Positions 59,169 through 64,000 of a DNA stretch of 64,000 nt are shown in pieces (within the stretch, counting starts at the first letter, position 1; each line of letters opens with the position of its first letter). Source of the stretch: Macrostomum lignano (lineage: Eukaryota). The DNA is taken from positions 136,603-200,602 of the forward strand of contig NIVC01002792.1 of the NCBI GenBank assembly GCA_002269645.1, written 5' to 3'. Under the pieces are notes generated by a model that was given only the letters and a program-made list of their open reading frames with translations, did not search any database and had not been told where the DNA came from. The position numbers and the translations under genes were made by a program.

Positions 59169-60774
59169 CGGAAATTACCATAGTTGTCAGTTCACCTATA
59201 CTAAACCTCACTTCTTACATATATACTCAGCAACATTGAAAGTCGCTACTCCATGCGCCAGTGAGCAGTTTCTCTCGGACTATTTTGAAATAAAAGATAC
59301 GAGAAAACTGAGAGGGTTAGCTTAAATCCGTAAAACCTCGCACACCGCTCCCCCACTGTAATCCTCCAGACCTCAACCCGTCTGCCACGTGGCGTAGCTT
59401 AAGTTGCGTCCCTCGCAAGATTGAGAGACTTTACCTGCATTCTCAAAAGTGGCGACCACAGACGGAATCTTGCGTGATAGGGACTTTTCGATATTGCTGA
59501 GCATGGTAAAAAGCTCGCTTTTAAGCCAACCAGTTGACTAGAAAATTTTTAAAGTTTGCATCATGTTTGATAATATGATATTATCTCAAATATAATATTA
59601 TAATATAGTATAATATAATATAATATTATTATATCAAATTATAATAATATAATATTATCAAACCATATCCTAGTTTTTGCCAGTAATGTGGGACATCTTT
59701 CGAGCCTTGCTTGTCTTGTTATGGCCGAAGATTTAGTGACAACTTAAATCCATTTGCTGAAATGCTGACCCAAAACAGCGATAAACTAACAAATTAGCTA
59801 ATTTTAAATCGTAGTTAGTTTTCTATTGTTTGGCTGATTTAGATAGATTTTTGCTTACTTCGGCTAGGTACGAGTATATGGACAAGTAATTCAGCCATGG
59901 AGTCAAAGCGCTCGTATGTGCGTAGTTCACACTTACAATAGAAGTTCTGCTTCGTTCAAGCACTTTCTTAGGGATCTTGAGTAAGTTGCAGTCTTAGGTC
60001 ACTCCAAACTCTGCTTCGCTTTCAAGTAGCTCGATTTTATTAGAAACTTGATCCAATTGTATGCTTATAAATAAAGGCATATGTGCAGCATTTAAGCCTG
60101 TCAACTTCGGCTTGCTAAACATTTGAATTGATAAACAACGAGCTTCAGTCTGTGAATCAGCTGCAGTCTTCAAGGTTGAGGAAGGTTGGTCTTGCCGCTT
60201 ATATGCAGCCTTTACTGGTTGGTAGTCGATGCAAAGAGAATAAATCTTCAAAATGGGATGCAATTGTCACAGTTGTTGCATAGCGTTGAGTGACGCATGA
60301 TGCAATTCAAGAAAAAATGATGAAACGCATGATTTTACGCAACTTCATTGCAAATTACATACTGGCATGTCTACTACTGGCAGTAGCCGAAAAGAACTTT
60401 ATTGTCCACTGTTCTATTTTTAGGCAGAATCGTCACTATAATATCTGCTCGTCCATCCCATGCGCACTCCGGCGCTTCCATTTTGCTCTGCTCCACAAGC
60501 TGCCCACAGCTGACTGTGCACTGCAGTCCTGACCCGAGCCCGCCTTTTGTACCTTTGCACAGGCGGCTGACAGGATTTGGTAGAGCCGTGCAATGCACAG
60601 GGTTAGACAGGACAGGCTGAAGTACTTTCTGAGGCCGGGGTGGCTGCCGCCTGCTGCTTGACTGCCCAACAGAAGCGGATTTATCAGCGCTGCGGCCAGT
60701 TGCGAAAAGCAAAGGCTCAGATTATTTCACTAGAAGACTAGAAGTTCCTTCTTAGCGACACCTGAGCAGCAACA

Positions 60775-63700
60775 ATGCACCGCTCTCTGGCAGCCGTCCT
60801 GCTGATCTGCTTGGCTGCCGCGGCCAGCTCGTCTGCTGAGGATTTGAAATGGGTGCCCATCATGCCGAGCCGGCCGCTGCTGCCGGAGCCCGGATCACCG
60901 GATGCGGCCAAGCACTGGGTGGTGCTGGTGGCCGGCAGCAACACCTGGTCCAATTATCGGCATCAGGTGAGAGGCTGGTCGGCTTTCGAAATAACTGGGG
61001 AGGGGATACAGAAACAGAATCAAGGGTGAAGGGGCAGTGCTGACCCTGGTGCTGGCGCCCTGCTGCTGGCGCCCCTGGTGCTGGCGCCCCTGGTGCTGGC
61101 GCCCCTGGTGCTGGCGCCCCTGGTGCTGGCGCCCCTGGTGCTGGCGCCCCTGGTGCTGGCGCCCCTGGTGCTGGCGCCCCTGGTGCTGGCGCCCCTGGTG
61201 CTGGCGCCCCTGGTGCTGGCGCCCCTGGTGCTGGCGCCCCTGGTGCTGGCGCCCCTGGTGCTGGCGCCCCTGGTGCTGGCGCCCTGGTGCTGGCGCCCCT
61301 GGTGCTGGCGCCCCTGGTGCTGGCGCCCCTGGTGCTGGCGCCCCTGTGCTGGCGCCCCTGGTGCTGGCGCCCCTGGTGCTGGCGCCCTGGTGCTGGCGCC
61401 CCTGTGCTGGCGCCCCTGGTGCTGGCGCCCCTGGTGCTGGCGCCCTGGTGCTGGCGCCCCTGGTGCTGGCGCCCCTGGTGCTGGCGCCCCTGGTGCTGGC
61501 GCCCCTGGTGCTGGCGCCCCTGGTGCTGGCGCCCCTGGTGCTGGCGCTCCTGGTGCTGGCGCCCCTGGTGCTGGCGCCCTGGTGCTAGAAAAGCGTGGCC
61601 ACGCCCCTGGCTGCAATACTAATTCAAATTATCATGATTTATCTGAGCACCGTTGTTTCTCTCGAAAATGTTGCTCTGCTGTTCACAGGAACCGGAAGAG
61701 CCATGTCGTTTTTCCTATAAACAGTTCTGACTGCTAGTCGCAAGTCCAATTAGAAATAAGACGATTTTTTACTCCTTGGTGGAAATGGCATGGTTGAAAT
61801 AAAATCAATAAAACCTTTATCAGAATGCAGATTTCCCCTATCCTCTCCAATGGCCACTTCCTTTTCCCCTCCCTTTCCGGCCTCCCTCTCCGAACTTCCC
61901 CTGTTCATCTCATCCCCTTTTACCCCTATCCCTAAACTCCTTTTCAACCAACCGCAGGCTGACGTGTGTCACGCCTACCAGATCGTGAAGAAGCACGGAG
62001 TTCCTGAAAATCAGATCATCACCATGATGTATGACGACATTGCGCACAATGTTGAGTAAGTGCTCATATTTTAAACTCCGACCAATGCACCCTAATCAAA
62101 TTAACTTTGCTGCTTTAAGACATGCACAACGAAATTTCAATCAGGAACCCCACAAGGGAATCGTGATCAACAAACCGGGCGGTTCCGATGTTTACGGAGG
62201 CGTCAAGATTGACTACAAAGGAAAGGTGAAATCTCGCGCATGTCTTCAAAAGTCCACAATGACTGCACCTGATCTGACCGCTTAGGTGTCGACGAGTCGC
62301 CCCAAACATCCTTGCAGAAAGTGACTCCAGAGAACTTTCTGAACGTGCTGCAGGGCAAAGGCAGCGCAAGGTGCTGAAGAGCGGACCGGACGACATCGTG
62401 TTCATCAACTTTGTTGATCACGGGGCTCCTGGTCTCATCGCCTTCCCGCACGGCGTGGTTCGTAACAGATCAGAGAATCGATGCTTTACTTGTTTTTGTC
62501 GCTGTTGCATCTTGTCTCACGATCCCAAACTTTTCAGCTGAAAGCGAAGCCGCTGATCGACGCTCTGCAGTACATGCACCAGAACAAGATGTACAGGAAG
62601 CTCGTCTTCTACCTTGAGGCCGCGGAGTCGGCTCATGTTTGAAAAACTACTGCCGCCAGGCATCAGTAGTACGTGCACGTGTGCTTTGTTTTTTAAAGAT
62701 TGGGTTGACAAGGAATGTCCATGAGTCTAAAGGAGTTACGTGTGTAGGAAATCTCTTGTCGCTTAAATTGGTGCGTACCATCTAGAGGCCAGCCCATGAG
62801 GCTGCATGACTATATGCTGCGAATGAATGAATGACCGAATGACCGAAATACCACGGAAGAAGGTAGCTTGGACGGACCATGACGCGACTATGGAATCCCG
62901 TGAATACGTCACAAATGAAAAAAACCAACCTTTATTAAGGCCTGCAGCCGCCAATACTGAAACAGTCGCTAAGTCACTATTGCACCACACGCTTTAACAT
63001 GCTCAGTTTTTGAGCCAGGAGTGTGTAGCTTCTTAACAGCTCGCTTAACATTGATCCAGGAGTGCGTAGCTTCTTTACAAGCTCGCTTAACATTGATCCA
63101 GGAGTGCGTAGCTTCTTAACAAGCTCGCTTAACATTGATCCAGGAGTGCGTAGCTTCTTAACAAGCTCGCTTAACATTGATCCAGGAGTGCGTAGCTTCT
63201 TAACAAGCTCGCTTAACATTGATCCAGGAGTGCGTAGCTTCTTAACAAGCTCGCTTAACATTGATCCAGGAGTGCGTAGCTTCTTAACAAGCTCGCTTAA
63301 CATTGATCCAGGAGTGCGTAGCTTCTTAACAAGCTCGCTTAACATTGATCCAGGAGTGCGTAGCTTCTTAACAAGCTCGCTTAACATTGATCCAGGAGTG
63401 CGTAGCTTCTTAACAAGCTCGCTTAACATTGATCCAGGAATGTGTAGCTTCTTAACATGCTCAGCAATGGATCCCTTAAAAATCTCGCTTAGCATTGATC
63501 CAGGAGTTTCTACTCCGCCAAACCATCTCTCCCATCATCCCACCGCAGTCTACGCCACCACAGCAGCCAACCCGGACGAATCCAGCTACGCCTGCTACTA
63601 TGACAAGAAACGAGAAACTTACCTGGGCGACGTCTACAGCGTCAACTGGATGGAGGACACCGACGCCAACGACATCAATCAGGAGTCGCTGGATCTGCAG

Positions 63701-64000
63701 TTTGCCGTGGTGAAATCGAAGACCAACACTAGTCACGTGATGAAGTACGGGGACACGGTGAGCAACCAAATCTGAGGTTTTCGAAGAGTTCGAAGCTTGA
63801 TCCAGCTATACTAACTCCGAGCCATTCTCATCACACTTTTCCGATTCTAGTCCCTCGCAGCGATAAGGTCGGAGAATTCCAGGGCAGCCTGGCTGGCGTC
63901 CGGGCTGTCCAATCTGAGACTTCACCGTGAGCGCACTGGCCGGTCGAACCTGCTTTTAAATTTAATTGTGACGGTTCCATTTGCAGAATACGAGCGTAAA
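60775..64000 (+). CDS. LGMN: Legumain (asparaginyl endopeptidase, C13), frameshifted in this sequence; incomplete at the right edge
   Basis: Exons 60775-60966 (signal peptide; [17 protein letters not shown]), 61958-62055 ([15 protein letters not shown]), about 62120/62145-62225, 62318-62457 ([11 protein letters not shown]), 62538-62668, 63549-63757 ([13 protein letters not shown]) and 63851-63926. Several single-base deletions are needed to keep the frame. Confidence 0.9.
61042..61586. repeat. 15-bp GC-rich minisatellite, about 36 copies, in legumain intron 1
   Basis: Unit CTGGCGCCCCTGGTG, with occasional 14-nt units. Confidence 0.97.
63040..63500. repeat. 36-bp minisatellite, about 12 copies, in a legumain intron
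   Basis: Unit AGCTCGCTTAACATTGATCCAGGAGTGCGTAGCTTCTTAAC-type, with a 36-nt period. Confidence 0.96.

Noticed and set aside
61020-61737. Collagen- or elastin-like APGAP/LAPLV ORFs; likewise ORFs at 49978-50541, 51230-52159, 53218-53601 and 62977-63495
   Set aside because: These are translations of intronic tandem repeats whose unit length is a multiple of 3 or that lack stops.

Overview
Eukaryotic, intron-rich animal genomic DNA. GC-rich exons, introns filled with minisatellites and the gene content suggest a free-living flatworm such as Macrostomum lignano (inference). I reconstructed seven host genes by matching GT/AG sites and exon phase by hand: an atypical soluble guanylate cyclase (minus, runs off the left edge), a peroxiredoxin-like gene lacking the peroxidatic Cys (minus), RPL19 (minus), a ZNF532/592/687-family zinc-finger gene (plus), an acatalytic CA10/11-like carbonic anhydrase-related gene (plus), a divergent BIR-UBA-RING IAP (minus) and a frameshifted legumain (plus, runs off the right edge). 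Mobile elements include a full-length RNase H-bearing LINE with target-site duplications, split by an intron-containing Sola2-like DNA transposon, a truncated second LINE, a dead mariner, a tRNA-derived SINE and several MITEs. One hAT-type MITE family (two copies) carries a 64-bp piece of 28S rDNA spanning the R2/I-PpoI target site. About 20 distinct tandem repeats are present, most inside introns. There are no CRISPR arrays or functional rRNA/tRNA genes. All family assignments are by eye from motif recall; no database searches were run.
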